Shown: positions 36,206 to 48,848, counted from the first letter of the stretch. The stretch is DNA of 64,000 bases from Escherichia coli (GCF_044324875.1 NZ_CP172185.1); one strand, 5' to 3'. Made by a program: numbers and translations. The notes: generated by a model from the letters alone, not told the origin.

Positions 36206-37353
36206 TATTGCATTGCTTTATAAGCGGTTACCGCCTCGGATACAACCTCGCTGTTGGCATCAAGACCGGAAATCTGTGCCAGCGCCGCCTGCGGACCTTT
36301 GTCAGCGATCAGTGCTGCCAGTTCCTGAGCCTGCGGATCATCTTCACTGCGGAAGTGCATTGCAGCGGCAATACCTTCAATCAGGTTTTTATGTGGCAGA
36401 CCATATTCCAGCGTTCCGAGCAGTGGCTTGATCAGACGGTCGCCAGCACTCAGTTTACGCAGCGGCTGACGGCCTACGCGCTCTACATCATCTTTCAGAT
36501 ACGGGTTCTCGAAACGACCGAGGATTTTCCGGATGTACGCCGCATGTTTGTCTGCGTCAAAGCCGTAGCGCTTGATCAATACTGCACCACTTTCTTCCAT
36601 CGCACCTTTTACCACCGCGCGGATTTTCTCGTCGAGAATAGCGTCACGAATGGTCTGATGACCGGCCAGTTTTCCGAGGTACGCGGTTATAGCATGACCC
36701 GTGTTCAGGGTGAAGAGTTTACGTTCGACAAATGCCATCAGGTTGTCGGTTAACTCCATGCCTGGAATGTTCGGCAACGCGCCTTTGAACTGGGTTTTAT
36801 CAACAATCCATTCGCTGAATGTTTCTACCGTCACTTCCAGCGGATCGTTGGTTGCAGAAGCCGAAGGCGGCACGATGCGGTCAACGGCGGAATCGACAAA
36901 GCCAACGTGTTCTTCTACCCACGCTTTGGCATCTTCCGGCAGGGCGTTCATTACATGGCCTTTCAGCTGCGTGGTGCCGCGTACCATGTTTTCACAGGCG
37001 ATGATGTTCAGCGGGGATTCATTACCTTGTTCTTTACGTTTCACCAGCCCTTTGGCGATTGCCGGGGCAATACGTTCCAGCACAACCGGACCAACGGCGG
37101 TAGTGACTAAATCAACCTGAGCAATCAGATCAACGACATCATCACCAATGCTGCTGACGGCATTGACGCCGGAAACGGTATCTACCTGCTCGGTTTCACC
37201 GACCACATGAACCTGATAGCTATGACGGGCATTCAGGGCATCAAGTACCACCTGATTGACATCGGCAAACGTCAGTTGGATACCCGCGTCTGCCAGCAGT
37301 TTACCGATAAAGCCACGACCGATATTACCTGCGCCAAAATGTAATGCTTTCAT
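36205..37353 (-). CDS. mtlD: Mannitol-1-phosphate 5-dehydrogenase
   Basis: ORF track 5'-overextended; true start [15 protein letters not shown] gives 382 aa. Confidence 0.93.
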   Translation of the reverse strand: MKALHFGAGNIGRGFIGKLLADAGIQLTFADVNQVVLDALNARHSYQVHVVGETEQVDTVSGVNAVSSIGDDVVDLIAQVDLVTTAVGPVVLERIAPAIAKGLVKRKEQGNESPLNIIACENMVRGTTQLKGHVMNALPEDAKAWVEEHVGFVDSAVDRIVPPSASATNDPLEVTVETFSEWIVDKTQFKGALPNIPGMELTDNLMAFVERKLFTLNTGHAITAYLGKLAGHQTIRDAILDEKIRAVVKGAMEESGAVLIKRYGFDADKHAAYIRKILGRFENPYLKDDVERVGRQPLRKLSAGDRLIKPLLGTLEYGLPHKNLIEGIAAAMHFRSEDDPQAQELAALIADKGPQAALAQISGLDANSEVVSEAVTAYKAMQ

Positions 37354-37392
37354 AGTATTAACCTTCATCAATGTTTTTACCCGAGAGGGCTG

Positions 37393-37575
<183 letters not shown>

Positions 37576-37581
37576 ATTGGA

Positions 37582-39495
37582 TTACTTACGACCTGCCAGC
37601 AGTTCCAGCACTTCATCCACGCTGGTGGTGTGTGCCAGACGCTCGATGACAGACTCATCATCCAGTGCATTGGTCAGGCTGGTGATAACCTGAATGTGCT
37701 CGTTGTTACGGGCAGCAATACCAATCACCAGACGGGCAATGTCATCTTCTTCTTCACCGAAGCGCACGCCTTCCGGGTACTGGCAGAACACCACGCCCGT
37801 TTTCAGTACGCGATCTTTCGCTTCAACCGTACCGTGCGGTACCGCGATGGACTCACCCAGATAAGTCGGGGTCAGTTTTTCACGATCCAGCATCGCCTGA
37901 ACGTATTCCGGCTCAACGTAACCGCCTTTCACCAGCTGCTCGCCAGCAAAACGAATCGCTTCTTCTTTGGTGGCCGCTTTGCGACCGAGGAAGATGTTCT
38001 CCGCGCCCAGTTTGAACAGGTTAGCACTGGAATCGTCAAAGCTGTCTTTCAGACTGTCTTTCACTTTCACTTCGTTTTCAGTATGGCGCTGGGCAGCAAC
38101 CAGACGTTCGGTCAGGCTGGTGTACAGGCCGCTGTCGAGGAAGTTGGTCAGCGAAATATGCTGTGCCTGCGGAACCTGGCGCATAGCGCGTTCGGTCAGG
38201 TCACGGTGAGTGATGACCAGGTCCACATCTGGCGGCAGGTTGTTGATCGCGCTGTTAGTAACAGAAATCTGCGACAGACCTGCATCCTGAATTTTCTTAC
38301 GCAGCACACCTGCGCCCATCGCACTGGAACCCATACCGGCATCACAGGCAACGATGATTTTACGTACGTGGCTCAGGTCGTTAGTCACATCGCCCGCAGA
38401 CAGCGGGGACGCACCTTTAGACTCAGCTTTCATGTCCTGCATACGACGAGTTGCTGCTTCAATATCATCTTCTTCTTTCACTTTGCTGGTTTTCAGCAGA
38501 ATGGCAGAGACAACGAAGGAGACAGCCATCGCCGCACACACACCCGCGATGTTAGCGAAATAAGCACCTTTTGGTGTCATCGCCAGTACAGCAAGGATAG
38601 AACCCGGAGATGCCGGAGAAACCAGACCACCGCCCAGGATAGTCAGCGTGAACACGCCAGTCATACCACCGAGGATAACGGCCAGAATCAGACGCGGATT
38701 CATCAGCACATACGGGAAGTAGATTTCGTGGATACCGCCCAGGAAGTGGATGATTGCCGCACCGCCCGCAGACTGTTTAGCGCTACCACGACCAAAGAAC
38801 ATGTACGCCAGCAGCACGCCCATACCCGGACCTGGGTTAGCTTCAATCAGGAAGAAGATGGATTTACCCAGTTCATGGGACTGCTGAATGCCCAGCGGCG
38901 AGAAGATACCGTGGTTAATGGCGTTGTTGAGGAACAGGATTTTCGCCGGTTCAACAAAGATAGACGCCAGCGGCAGCATGTCATGGACAACCATGAAGTT
39001 AACGCCCGCAGCCAGCATTTTGGACAGGGCTTCAACAATCGGGCCAATGCCGAGGAATGCCAGAATAGCGAGGATCATCCCGATGATGCCTGCGGAGAAG
39101 TTATTCACCAGCATCTCAAAACCGGATTTGATCTTACCGTCTACCCAGCGGTCGAAGTGCTTAATGCACCAGCCACCCAGCGGACCTGCAATCATAGAAC
39201 CGAGGAACATCGGCATGTCTGCGCCGACGATAACGCCCATGGTGGTAATGGCACCGACTACGCCGCCACGTTCGCCGCCTACCAGCTTACCACCGGTATA
39301 ACCGATCAGCAGCGGCAGGAGATAAGTGATCATCGGCCCGACCAGCTTCGCCAGCGTTTCGTTCGGTAACCACCCTGTTGGAATAAATAACGCGGTGATG
39401 ATACCCCACGCGATAAACGCGCCGATATTTGGCATCACCATGTTGCTGAGGAAACGACCAAAGCTTTGCACTTTGATCTTAATATCGGATGACAT
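37582..39495 (-). CDS. mtlA: PTS mannitol-specific EIICBA component
   Basis: 637 aa MSSDIKIKVQSFGRFLSNMVMPNIG matching MtlA. Confidence 0.95.
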   Translation of the reverse strand: MSSDIKIKVQSFGRFLSNMVMPNIGAFIAWGIITALFIPTGWLPNETLAKLVGPMITYLLPLLIGYTGGKLVGGERGGVVGAITTMGVIVGADMPMFLGSMIAGPLGGWCIKHFDRWVDGKIKSGFEMLVNNFSAGIIGMILAILAFLGIGPIVEALSKMLAAGVNFMVVHDMLPLASIFVEPAKILFLNNAINHGIFSPLGIQQSHELGKSIFFLIEANPGPGMGVLLAYMFFGRGSAKQSAGGAAIIHFLGGIHEIYFPYVLMNPRLILAVILGGMTGVFTLTILGGGLVSPASPGSILAVLAMTPKGAYFANIAGVCAAMAVSFVVSAILLKTSKVKEEDDIEAATRRMQDMKAESKGASPLSAGDVTNDLSHVRKIIVACDAGMGSSAMGAGVLRKKIQDAGLSQISVTNSAINNLPPDVDLVITHRDLTERAMRQVPQAQHISLTNFLDSGLYTSLTERLVAAQRHTENEVKVKDSLKDSFDDSSANLFKLGAENIFLGRKAATKEEAIRFAGEQLVKGGYVEPEYVQAMLDREKLTPTYLGESIAVPHGTVEAKDRVLKTGVVFCQYPEGVRFGEEEDDIARLVIGIAARNNEHIQVITSLTNALDDESVIERLAHTTSVDEVLELLAGRK

Positions 39496-39638
39496 AAAAA
39501 CACCCCTTCTTATGTTTGCTGTCGCGCAGGCTGGAAGCCCGAGGTTTTTTGTTAATGTGGCGGCAGAGGTAGCCGGACCTTGTAGATACTGCGAAATCTG
39601 GCACTGAATCGGTTAACTGTCCAGTCGACGGCCTTTTG

Positions 39639-39654
39639 TGTGATATCGGTCACA
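39639..39654. promoter_or_regulatory. CRP binding site (perfect consensus half-sites) in mtlA promoter
   Basis: TGTGA-tatcgg-TCACA. Confidence 0.75.
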
Positions 39655-39755
39655 TAAATATAGGGGGTAGAGAGGTAATTGACGTGATGCTCATCACAAA
39701 ACTATTGTGTAAAAAAGCAACAAGGCGGCGATTTTCGCTAAAAATGGCATTTAAA

Positions 39756-39771
39756 TGTGAGTAATGTCACA
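39756..39771. promoter_or_regulatory. CRP binding site (perfect consensus half-sites) in mtlA promoter
   Basis: TGTGA-gtaatg-TCACA. Confidence 0.75.
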
Positions 39772-39799
39772 TTTTTGTTTTGTTGGTTTGTTGAATCTT

Positions 39800-39815
39800 T
39801 GTGATCTGAATCACA
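39800..39815. promoter_or_regulatory. CRP binding site (perfect consensus half-sites) in mtlA promoter
   Basis: TGTGA-tctgaa-TCACA. Confidence 0.75.
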
Positions 39816-40031
39816 AGATATTTTCTTACGGCGTTCACCTGATGTGATCTACAGCATGTTATGCCCTCGTCATAAAATCGTTATGTAACTAAGCAACTCA
39901 TCACCTCTAAAAATTATTCTTTGGTGTTATGGCGAGAATCGCGAACCCGAATTATTGTCAAAATATCAGCCTGACTCCCTTCTGGCTGCCAGCCAAAAAA
40001 CAACACTGATAAACGTGAATCCGAGGCAGAT

Positions 40032-40394
40032 ATGTTTCTAAACTATTTCGCGTTGGGAGTGCTGATCTTCGTCTTTCTGGTGATTTTTTATGGAATCATC
40101 GCGATACATGACATCCCTTATCTGATTGCCAAAAAGCGCAACCACCCCCATGCCGACGCTATTCATACAGCGGGCTGGGTGAGCCTGTTTACTCTGCATG
40201 TTATCTGGCCGTTTCTGTGGATCTGGGCGACGCTCTATCAACCGGAGCGCGGCTGGGGCATGCAGTCACATGTTGCGTCGCAAGAGAAAGCGACTGACCC
40301 GGAAATCGCCGCACTTTCTGACCGAATTTCCCGGCTGGAGCACCAACTCGCCGCCGAGAAAAAGACTGACTATTCCACGTTCCCGGAGATCTAA
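40032..40394 (+). CDS. yibI: DUF3302-family small inner-membrane protein
   Basis: 120 aa with two predicted TM segments; N-terminal ~78 aa near-identical to the yiaW product in this window. Confidence 0.8.
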   Translation: MFLNYFALGVLIFVFLVIFYGIIAIHDIPYLIAKKRNHPHADAIHTAGWVSLFTLHVIWPFLWIWATLYQPERGWGMQSHVASQEKATDPEIAALSDRISRLEHQLAAEKKTDYSTFPEI

Positions 40395-40396
40395 AT

Positions 40397-41533
40397 ATGG
40401 ATCTATTGATTGTTTTAACTTACGTGGCGCTGGCGTGGGCGGTCTTTAAAATCTTCCGCATTCCGGTGAATCAGTGGACGCTGGCGACGGCGGCGCTGGG
40501 AGGCGTGTTTCTGGTGAGTGGTTTGATTTTGTTGATGAACTACAACCACCCTTACACTTTTACCGCGCAAAAGGCAGTGATAGCGATCCCCATCACGCCA
40601 CAGGTGACGGGAATTGTTACTGAAGTCACCGACAAAAATAATCAGCTTATTCAGAAGGGCGAGGTGCTTTTTAAGCTCGACCCGGTTCGTTACCAGGCGC
40701 GAGTTGACAGACTTCAGGCTGACCTGATGACGGCGACGCATAATATAAAGACGCTGCGCGCGCAGCTCACTGAAGCGCAGGCCAACACCACCCAGGTTTC
40801 AGCGGAGCGCGACCGTCTGTTTAAAAATTATCAACGTTACCTGAAAGGCAGCCAGGCGGCGGTGAATCCGTTCTCGGAACGTGACATCGACGATGCGCGG
40901 CAAAACTTCCTCGCGCAGGACGCGCTGGTGAAAGGCTCGGTGGCGGAGCAGGCGCAGATCCAGAGCCAGCTCGACAGTATGGTTAACGGCGAGCAATCGC
41001 AGATTGTGAGCTTAAGAGCGCAACTTACTGAAGCAAAATATAACCTTGAGCAGACTGTCATTCGCGCACCAAGCAATGGCTACGTTACTCAGGTACTGAT
41101 CCGCCCAGGTACATACGCAGCTGCCTTGCCGCTACGTCCGGTGATGGTTTTCATCCCCGAGCAAAAACGGCAAATTGTCGCCCAATTTCGGCAGAACTCG
41201 CTGTTACGTCTGAAACCCGGCGATGATGCGGAAGTGGTGTTTAACGCGCTACCTGGGCAGGTGTTCCACGGCAAACTGACCAGTATTTTACCTGTCGTGC
41301 CAGGCGGTTCGTATCAGGCGCAAGGGGTATTGCAATCATTAACGGTCGTGCCCGGCACGGACGGTGTGCTGGGAACCATTGAACTGGACCCCAACGATGA
41401 TATCGATGCCTTACCCGACGGCATCTACGCCCAGGTGGCGGTTTACTCCGACCATTTCAGCCATGTTTCGGTGATGCGAAAAGTGCTGCTAAGAATGACC
41501 AGCTGGATGCATTATCTTTATTTGGATCATTGA
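40397..41533 (+). CDS. yibH: HlyD-family membrane-fusion-like protein
   Basis: 378 aa; N-terminal TM anchor, coiled coil, beta-barrel-like C-terminus; paralogue of the yiaV product. Confidence 0.8.
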   Translation: MDLLIVLTYVALAWAVFKIFRIPVNQWTLATAALGGVFLVSGLILLMNYNHPYTFTAQKAVIAIPITPQVTGIVTEVTDKNNQLIQKGEVLFKLDPVRYQARVDRLQADLMTATHNIKTLRAQLTEAQANTTQVSAERDRLFKNYQRYLKGSQAAVNPFSERDIDDARQNFLAQDALVKGSVAEQAQIQSQLDSMVNGEQSQIVSLRAQLTEAKYNLEQTVIRAPSNGYVTQVLIRPGTYAAALPLRPVMVFIPEQKRQIVAQFRQNSLLRLKPGDDAEVVFNALPGQVFHGKLTSILPVVPGGSYQAQGVLQSLTVVPGTDGVLGTIELDPNDDIDALPDGIYAQVAVYSDHFSHVSVMRKVLLRMTSWMHYLYLDH

Positions 41534-41603
41534 GACTTATATCACCTGTGTTTTGCGTGAGCCTGAGCCATACTGATATTTTTCCTCGCACAAAGGACTC
41601 GGC

Positions 41604-42212
41604 ATGAAACTCGTCGGTAGCTACACCAGCCCGTTTGTACGCAAACTTTCTATTCTGTTGTTAGAAAAGGGCATAACTTTCGAATTTATTAATGAACTGC
41701 CCTATAACGCGGACAACGGCGTGGCGCAATTTAACCCGTTAGGGAAAGTGCCGGTGCTGGTGACCGAAGAGGGCGAATGCTGGTTTGATTCGCCGATCAT
41801 CGCTGAATATATTGAATTAATGAATGTCGCTCCGGCGATGTTGCCGCGCGATCCGCTGGAGTCGTTGCGGGTGCGCAAAATTGAGGCACTGGCGGATGGC
41901 ATTATGGATGCCGGGCTGGTATCGGTGCGTGAACAGGCGCGTCCAGCGGCGCAGCAGTCTGAAGATGAATTGTTACGCCAGCGGGAGAAAATCAACCGCA
42001 GTCTGGATGTGCTGGAAGGATATCTGGTCGATGGCACACTCAAAACCGATACGGTCAATCTGGCGACTATCGCCATTGCCTGTGCCGTCGGATATCTCAA
42101 TTTCCGCCGCGTTGCGCCAGGTTGGTGTGTCGACCGCCCACACTTAGTCAAACTGGTCGAAAACCTGTTTAGCCGCGAAAGTTTTGCTCGCACCGAACCG
42201 CCAAAGGCTTGA
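41604..42212 (+). CDS. yibF: Glutathione S-transferase family protein
   Basis: 202 aa with GST N- and C-domain character. Confidence 0.85.
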
Positions 42213-42309
42213 TGCGCGATATGTCCTCCTGACCCATCTCACGTTACAATCCGTGGTTATGTTAAACGCCCTTCTCCGTGTGAGAGGGCCTTGATCAGCC
42301 AGGTTTCCT

Positions 42310-43701
42310 ATGACAACCGAAACGCGTTTCCTCTATAGTCAACTTCCGGCTATTGATCGCTTATTGCGCGATAGCTCCTTCCTTTCTTTGCGTGATACTT
42401 ATGGTCACACCCGCGTGGTGGAATTGCTGCGTCAGATGCTTGACGAAGCGCGAGAAGTGATTCGTGACAGCCAGACGCTGCCCGCATGGTGTGAAAACTG
42501 GGCGCAAGAAGTCGATGCCCGACTGACGAAGGAGGCGCAGAGCGCGCTGCGTCCGGTGATCAACCTGACGGGAACCGTGCTGCATACCAACCTTGGTCGA
42601 GCTTTACAGGCGGAAGCCGCGGTGGAAGCCGTTGCGCAGGCTATGCGTTCGCCAGTGACCCTCGAGTACGATCTGGACGACGCCGGACGCGGACATCGCG
42701 ATCGGGCGCTGGCGCAGCTGCTGTGCCGTATTACGGGGGCGGAAGATGCCTGTATCGTTAATAACAATGCGGCGGCGGTGTTATTGATGTTGGCGGCCAC
42801 TGCTAGCGGGAAAGAGGTGGTGGTATCTCGCGGCGAACTGGTGGAGATTGGCGGCGCGTTTCGTATTCCTGATGTCATGCGTCAGGCAGGCTGCACCCTA
42901 CACGAAGTAGGGACCACCAACCGCACGCACGCGAATGATTATCGTCAGGCGGTGAATGAAAATACCGCACTGTTGATGAAAGTACATACCAGTAACTACA
43001 GCATTCAGGGGTTCACCAAAGCGATAGACGAAGCTGAACTGGTGGCGCTTGGCAAAGAACTGGATATTCCCGTGGTGACTGATTTAGGCAGTGGCTCGCT
43101 GGTCGATCTTAGCCAGTACGGTTTGCCGAAAGAGCCAATGCCGCAGGAGTTGATTGCGGCGGGCGTCAGTCTGGTGAGTTTCTCCGGCGACAAGTTGTTA
43201 GGCGGGCCGCAGGCAGGGATTATCGTTGGTAAAAAAGAGATGATCGCCCGCCTGCAAAGCCACCCGCTGAAGCGTGCATTACGCGCGGATAAAATGACCC
43301 TCGCGGCGCTGGAAGCCACGTTGCGTCTTTATTTACACCCTGAAGCTCTGAGTGAAAAATTACCGACCCTGCGCCTGCTTACCCGCAGCGCAGAGGTCAT
43401 TCAAATCCAGGCACAACGTTTACAGGCTCCCCTTGCCGCACATTACGGCGCGGAGTTTGCGGTACAGGTTATGCCATGTCTTTCGCAGATTGGCAGTGGT
43501 TCGCTGCCGGTTGATCGCCTGCCGAGCGCGGCATTAACGTTTACACCCCATGATGGACGCGGTAGCCACCTTGAGTCATTAGCCGCCCGCTGGCGTGAAT
43601 TGCCAGTGCCGGTGATTGGTCGTATTTATGACGGACGATTGTGGCTGGATTTACGCTGCCTTGAAGATGAGCAACGGTTTTTGGAGATGTTGTTGAAATG
43701 A
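42310..43701 (+). CDS. selA: L-seryl-tRNA(Sec) selenium transferase
   Basis: 463-aa sequence matching SelA. Confidence 0.95.
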   Translation: MTTETRFLYSQLPAIDRLLRDSSFLSLRDTYGHTRVVELLRQMLDEAREVIRDSQTLPAWCENWAQEVDARLTKEAQSALRPVINLTGTVLHTNLGRALQAEAAVEAVAQAMRSPVTLEYDLDDAGRGHRDRALAQLLCRITGAEDACIVNNNAAAVLLMLAATASGKEVVVSRGELVEIGGAFRIPDVMRQAGCTLHEVGTTNRTHANDYRQAVNENTALLMKVHTSNYSIQGFTKAIDEAELVALGKELDIPVVTDLGSGSLVDLSQYGLPKEPMPQELIAAGVSLVSFSGDKLLGGPQAGIIVGKKEMIARLQSHPLKRALRADKMTLAALEATLRLYLHPEALSEKLPTLRLLTRSAEVIQIQAQRLQAPLAAHYGAEFAVQVMPCLSQIGSGSLPVDRLPSAALTFTPHDGRGSHLESLAARWRELPVPVIGRIYDGRLWLDLRCLEDEQRFLEMLLK

Positions 43702-45542
43702 TTATTGCGACTGCCGGACACGTTGACCACGGCAAAACAACCTTATTGCAGGCGATTACTGGCGTAAATGCCGATCGTCTGCCGGAAGAAAAAAAGCGCG
43801 GCATGACCATCGATCTCGGCTATGCCTACTGGCCGCAGCCGGATGGTCGCGTGCCTGGTTTTATCGACGTACCCGGTCATGAAAAGTTTCTTTCCAACAT
43901 GCTGGCGGGCGTTGGTGGTATCGATCACGCGCTGTTGGTGGTGGCGTGCGATGACGGCGTGATGGCTCAGACTCGTGAGCATCTGGCGATTTTGCAGCTG
44001 ACCGGTAACCCGATGCTGACAGTGGCGCTGACCAAAGCCGATCGCGTGGACGAAGCGCGTGTTGATGAGGTTGAACGCCAGGTAAAGGAGGTGCTGCGGG
44101 AATACGGTTTTGCTGAGGCAAAACTGTTTATCACCGCAGCAACCGAAGGTCGGGGAATTGATGCCCTGCGCGAGCATTTGCTTCAGTTACCAGAACGTGA
44201 ACACGCCAGCCAACATAGTTTCCGCCTCGCGATCGACCGTGCATTTACCGTAAAAGGTGCCGGGCTGGTCGTCACCGGTACGGCGTTAAGCGGGGAAGTG
44301 AAGGTAGGCGATTCACTCTGGCTGACTGGTGTAAATAAACCGATGCGTGTACGTGCGCTGCATGCACAAAACCAGCCAACAGAAACCGCCCATGCCGGGC
44401 AGCGTATCGCGCTTAACATCGCGGGTGATGCGGAAAAAGAGCAGATTAACCGTGGCGACTGGCTGCTTACCGATGCGCCGCCGGAGCCGTTCACACGGGT
44501 GATTGTCGAGCTTCAAACCCATACACCGCTGAACCAGTGGCAGCCGCTGCATATTCACCACGCCGCCAGCCACGTCACGGGACGCGTTTCGCTGCTTGAA
44601 GATAACCTTGCCGAGCTGGTGTTCGACACGCCGCTATGGCTGGCGGATAACGATCGCCTGGTGCTGCGCGATATCTCGGCCCGCAACACGCTGGCGGGGG
44701 CGCGTGTGGTGATGCTTAACCCGCCGCGTCGCGGTAAGCGTAAGCCGGAATATCTGCAATGGCTGGCGTCTCTTGCACGGGTGCAGAGTGATGCCGATGC
44801 GTTATCTGTTCATCTGGAACGCGGAGCGGTTAACCTTGCAGATTTCGCCTGGGCACGGCAGCTCAACGGCGAAGGGATGCGCGAACTGCTGCAACAGCCT
44901 GGTTATATTCAGGCTGGTTATAGCTTGTTGAATGCGCCGGTTGCCGCCCGCTGGCAGCGGAAAATTCTCGACACATTAGCGACTTATCATGAGCAACATC
45001 GCGATGAACCTGGTCCTGGGCGAGAACGTCTGCGACGTATGGCGTTGCCAATGGAAGATGAAGCGCTGGTACTGTTGCTGATTGAAAAGATGCGCGAAAG
45101 CGGCGACATCCTCAGTCATCACGGTTGGCTGCATCTGCCGGATCATAAAGCGGGCTTCAGCGAAGAGCAGCAGGCCATCTGGCAAAAAGCAGAGCCGCTG
45201 TTTGGTGACGAGCCGTGGTGGGTGCGTGATCTGGCAAAAGAGACGGGAACCGACGAGCAGGCAATGCGCCTGACGCTACGCCAGGCGGCGCAGCAAGGAA
45301 TTATTACCGCGATCGTTAAAGATCGTTATTACCGTAACGATCGGATTGTCGAGTTTGCCAATATGATCCGCGATCTCGATCAGGAGTGTGGTTCAACCTG
45401 CGCGGCGGATTTCCGCGATCGCTTAGGTGTTGGTCGAAAACTGGCAATTCAAATTCTGGAATATTTTGACCGCATTGGCTTTACGCGTCGTCGTGGAAAT
45501 GATCATTTATTGCGCGACGCATTATTATTTCCGGAAAAATAA
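43698..45542 (+). CDS. selB: Selenocysteine-specific translation elongation factor
   Basis: 614 aa with GTPase motifs [11 protein letters not shown] and DVPGHE; overlaps selA stop. Confidence 0.95.
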   Translation: MIIATAGHVDHGKTTLLQAITGVNADRLPEEKKRGMTIDLGYAYWPQPDGRVPGFIDVPGHEKFLSNMLAGVGGIDHALLVVACDDGVMAQTREHLAILQLTGNPMLTVALTKADRVDEARVDEVERQVKEVLREYGFAEAKLFITAATEGRGIDALREHLLQLPEREHASQHSFRLAIDRAFTVKGAGLVVTGTALSGEVKVGDSLWLTGVNKPMRVRALHAQNQPTETAHAGQRIALNIAGDAEKEQINRGDWLLTDAPPEPFTRVIVELQTHTPLNQWQPLHIHHAASHVTGRVSLLEDNLAELVFDTPLWLADNDRLVLRDISARNTLAGARVVMLNPPRRGKRKPEYLQWLASLARVQSDADALSVHLERGAVNLADFAWARQLNGEGMRELLQQPGYIQAGYSLLNAPVAARWQRKILDTLATYHEQHRDEPGPGRERLRRMALPMEDEALVLLLIEKMRESGDILSHHGWLHLPDHKAGFSEEQQAIWQKAEPLFGDEPWWVRDLAKETGTDEQAMRLTLRQAAQQGIITAIVKDRYYRNDRIVEFANMIRDLDQECGSTCAADFRDRLGVGRKLAIQILEYFDRIGFTRRRGNDHLLRDALLFPEK

Positions 45543-45595
45543 GGAAATGATTAATTAAGTTTTAAAATAAATTAATACAAAATTCTTATGAATTT

Positions 45596-45634
45596 AAAAA
45601 AAGCACATTGTTTAATGAATACAATGTGCTTTTT
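45596..45634 (+). terminator. Intrinsic terminator after selAB
   Basis: A-run, stem agcacattg/caatgtgct, T-run. Confidence 0.8.
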
Positions 45635-45731
45635 ATTAGATTAATTTTGATAATCAATAATACTGATCATATTTTTGAATGAAAATCCTCAGTAAGCTGC
45701 CCGCCCTTTTTTACACTTTCAGGAGTGTGTT

Positions 45732-46883
45732 ATGGCAGCTTCAACCTTTTTTATTCCTGCCGTGAATGTTATTGGTGCTGATTCATTGAATGATGCAATG
45801 AATATGATGGCAGATTATGGATTTACCCGTACCTTAATTGTCACTGACAATATGTTAACGAAATTGGGTATGGCGGGTGATGTGCAAAAAGCACTGGAAG
45901 AACGCAATATTTTTAGCGTTATTTATGATGGCACCCAACCTAACCCCACCACGGAAAACGTCGCTGCAGGTTTGAAATTACTTAAAGAAAATAATTGCGA
46001 TAGCGTGATTTCCTTAGGCGGTGGTTCTCCACACGACTGCGCAAAAGGTATTGCGCTGGTGGCAGCCAATGGTGGCGATATTCGCGATTACGAAGGCGTT
46101 GACCGCTCTGCAAAACCGCAGCTGCCGATGATCGCCATCAATACCACGGCGGGTACGGCCTCTGAAATGACCCGTTTCTGCATCATCACTGACGAAGCGC
46201 GTCATATCAAAATGGCGATTGTTGATAAACATGTAACTCCGTTGCTTTCTGTCAATGACTCCTCGCTGATGATCGGTATGCCGAAGTCACTGACCGCCGC
46301 AACGGGTATGGATGCCTTAACACACGCTATCGAAGCGTATGTCTCTATCGCTGCAACGCCGATCACTGACGCTTGCGCACTGAAAGCGGTGACCATGATT
46401 GCCGAAAACCTGCCGTTAGCCGTTGAAGATGGCAGCAATGCTAAAGCGCGTGAAGCAATGGCTTATGCCCAGTTCCTCGCTGGTATGGCGTTCAACAACG
46501 CATCTCTTGGTTATGTTCATGCGATGGCGCACCAACTGGGCGGTTTCTACAACCTGCCACACGGTGTATGTAATGCTGTTCTGCTGCCACACGTTCAGGT
46601 GTTCAACAGCAAAGTCGCTGCTGCGCGTCTGCGTGACTGTGCTGCTGCCATGGGCGTTAACGTGACAGGCAAAAATGACGCGGAAGGCGCAGAAGCGTGC
46701 ATCAATGCCATCCGTGAACTGGCGAAGAAAGTGAATATCCCGGCAGGCCTGCGTGACCTGAACGTGAAAGAAGAGGATTTCGCGGTACTGGCCACCAATG
46801 CCCTGAAAGATGCGTGTGGGTTTACTAACCCGATTCAGGCAACTCACGAAGAGATTGTGGCAATTTATCGCGCTGCGATGTAA
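45732..46883 (+). CDS. yiaY: Iron-containing alcohol dehydrogenase
   Basis: 383-aa Fe-ADH family sequence matching YiaY. Confidence 0.9.
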   Translation: MAASTFFIPAVNVIGADSLNDAMNMMADYGFTRTLIVTDNMLTKLGMAGDVQKALEERNIFSVIYDGTQPNPTTENVAAGLKLLKENNCDSVISLGGGSPHDCAKGIALVAANGGDIRDYEGVDRSAKPQLPMIAINTTAGTASEMTRFCIITDEARHIKMAIVDKHVTPLLSVNDSSLMIGMPKSLTAATGMDALTHAIEAYVSIAATPITDACALKAVTMIAENLPLAVEDGSNAKAREAMAYAQFLAGMAFNNASLGYVHAMAHQLGGFYNLPHGVCNAVLLPHVQVFNSKVAAARLRDCAAAMGVNVTGKNDAEGAEACINAIRELAKKVNIPAGLRDLNVKEEDFAVLATNALKDACGFTNPIQATHEEIVAIYRAAM

Positions 46884-46896
46884 TCATCATTCCCCC

Positions 46897-46925
46897 AATG
46901 GCTGGCTAATTGTCAGCCATTTTTT
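46897..46925 (+). terminator. Intrinsic terminator after yiaY
   Basis: Stem aatggctg/cagccatt followed by TTTTT. Confidence 0.75.
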
Positions 46926-47083
46926 AAACTATCTCAAAATTTGCGATTTTTGAGAGAGTTTTAGTTATCTCTGTAACCCTTGCCCGTAAATTCGTGATAG
47001 CCGTCGTAAAGCTGTTACCGACTGGCGAAGATTTCGCCAGCCACGTCTACCCTTGTTATACCTCACACCGCAAGGAGACGATC

Positions 47084-48622
47084 ATGACCAATAATCCCCC
47101 TTCAGCACAGATTAAGCCCGGCGAGTATGGTTTCCCCCTCAAGTTAAAAACCCGCTATGACAACTTTATTGGCGGCGAATGGGTAGCCCCTGCCGATGGT
47201 GAGTATTACCAGAACCTGACGCCGGTGACCGGGCAGCTGCTGTGCGAAGTGGCGTCTTCGGGCAAACGAGACATCGATCTGGCGCTGGATGCTGCGCACA
47301 AAGTGAAAGATAAATGGGCGCACACCTCGGTGCAGGATCGTGCGGCGATTCTGTTTAAGATTGCCGATCGAATGGAACAAAACCTCGAGCTGTTAGCGAC
47401 AGCTGAAACCTGGGATAACGGCAAACCCATTCGCGAAACCAGTGCTGCTGATGTACCGCTGGCGATTGACCATTTCCGCTATTTCGCCTCGTGTATTCGG
47501 GCGCAGGAAGGTGGGATCAGTGAAGTTGATAGCGAAACCGTGGCCTATCATTTCCATGAACCGTTAGGCGTGGTGGGGCAGATTATCCCGTGGAACTTCC
47601 CGCTGCTGATGGCGAGCTGGAAAATGGCCCCTGCGCTGGCGGCGGGCAACTGCGTGGTGCTGAAACCCGCACGGCTTACCCCGCTTTCTGTACTGCTGCT
47701 AATGGAAATCGTCGGTGATTTACTGCCGCCGGGCGTGGTGAACGTGGTCAACGGTGCAGGTGGGGAAATTGGCGAATATCTGGCGACCTCGAAACGCATC
47801 GCCAAAGTGGCGTTTACCGGCTCAACGGAAGTGGGTCAACAAATTATGCAATACGCCACGCAAAACATTATTCCGGTGACGCTGGAGCTGGGCGGCAAAT
47901 CGCCAAATATCTTCTTTGCTGACGTGATGGATGAAGAAGATGCCTTTTTTGATAAAGCGCTGGAAGGCTTTGCACTGTTTGCCTTTAACCAGGGCGAAGT
48001 TTGCACCTGTCCAAGCCGTGCTTTAGTGCAGGAGTCTATCTACGAACGCTTCATGGAACGCGCCATCCGCCGTGTTGAAAGTATTCGTAGCGGTAACCCG
48101 CTCGACAGCGTGACGCAAATGGGCGCGCAGGTTTCTCACGGGCAACTGGAAACCATCCTCAACTACATTGATATTGGTAAAAAAGAGGGCGCAGACGTGC
48201 TCACCGGCGGGCGGCGCAAGCTGCTGGAAGGAGAACTGAAAGACGGCTACTACCTCGAACCGACGATTCTGTTTGGTCAGAATAATATGCGCGTGTTCCA
48301 GGAAGAAATTTTTGGTCCGGTGCTGGCGGTGACCACCTTCAAAACGATGGAAGAAGCGCTGGAGCTGGCGAACGACACACAATATGGCCTGGGCGCGGGT
48401 GTCTGGAGCCGCAACGGTAATCTGGCCTATAAGATGGGGCGCGGCATTCAGGCTGGGCGCGTGTGGACCAACTGTTATCACGCTTACCCGGCACATGCGG
48501 CGTTTGGCGGCTACAAACAGTCGGGCATCGGACGCGAAACCCATAAGATGATGCTTGAGCATTACCAGCAAACCAAGTGCCTGCTGGTGAGCTATTCGGA
48601 TAAACCGTTGGGGCTGTTCTGA
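47084..48622 (+). CDS. aldB: Aldehyde dehydrogenase B
   Basis: ORF track 5'-overextended; start [17 protein letters not shown] gives 512 aa. Confidence 0.93.
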   Translation: MTNNPPSAQIKPGEYGFPLKLKTRYDNFIGGEWVAPADGEYYQNLTPVTGQLLCEVASSGKRDIDLALDAAHKVKDKWAHTSVQDRAAILFKIADRMEQNLELLATAETWDNGKPIRETSAADVPLAIDHFRYFASCIRAQEGGISEVDSETVAYHFHEPLGVVGQIIPWNFPLLMASWKMAPALAAGNCVVLKPARLTPLSVLLLMEIVGDLLPPGVVNVVNGAGGEIGEYLATSKRIAKVAFTGSTEVGQQIMQYATQNIIPVTLELGGKSPNIFFADVMDEEDAFFDKALEGFALFAFNQGEVCTCPSRALVQESIYERFMERAIRRVESIRSGNPLDSVTQMGAQVSHGQLETILNYIDIGKKEGADVLTGGRRKLLEGELKDGYYLEPTILFGQNNMRVFQEEIFGPVLAVTTFKTMEEALELANDTQYGLGAGVWSRNGNLAYKMGRGIQAGRVWTNCYHAYPAHAAFGGYKQSGIGRETHKMMLEHYQQTKCLLVSYSDKPLGLF

Positions 48623-48653
48623 TATAAGAAGCTGGTCGCATTGGGTATTCATT

Positions 48654-48737
48654 GCCTGATGCGACGCTTACGCGTTTTATCATGCCTACGGGGACCTGAC
48701 CGTAGGCCGGATAAGGCGTACACGCCGCATCCGGCAT
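48654..48737. repeat. REP/BIME element downstream of aldB
   Basis: gcctgatgcgacgcttacgcg... and gtaggccggataaggcgtacacgccgcatccggcat REP-like units. Confidence 0.8.
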
Positions 48738-48848
48738 AAACAAAGCGCACGTTGTTACAATTTACGTTTTAAACCTACGTGCGCAATAACCCAATAACCC
48801 AGACTACGCCAACAGAAGTGCGTTTCTGGGGCGTGTTTTGCCAGGAGT

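Noticed and set aside
47022-47040. Perfect hairpin ctggcgaa-gat-ttcgccag about 45 bp upstream of the aldB start
   Set aside because: Short, no U-tract, and inside the likely aldB promoter/leader; it could be a chance palindrome, so I did not list it as a feature.
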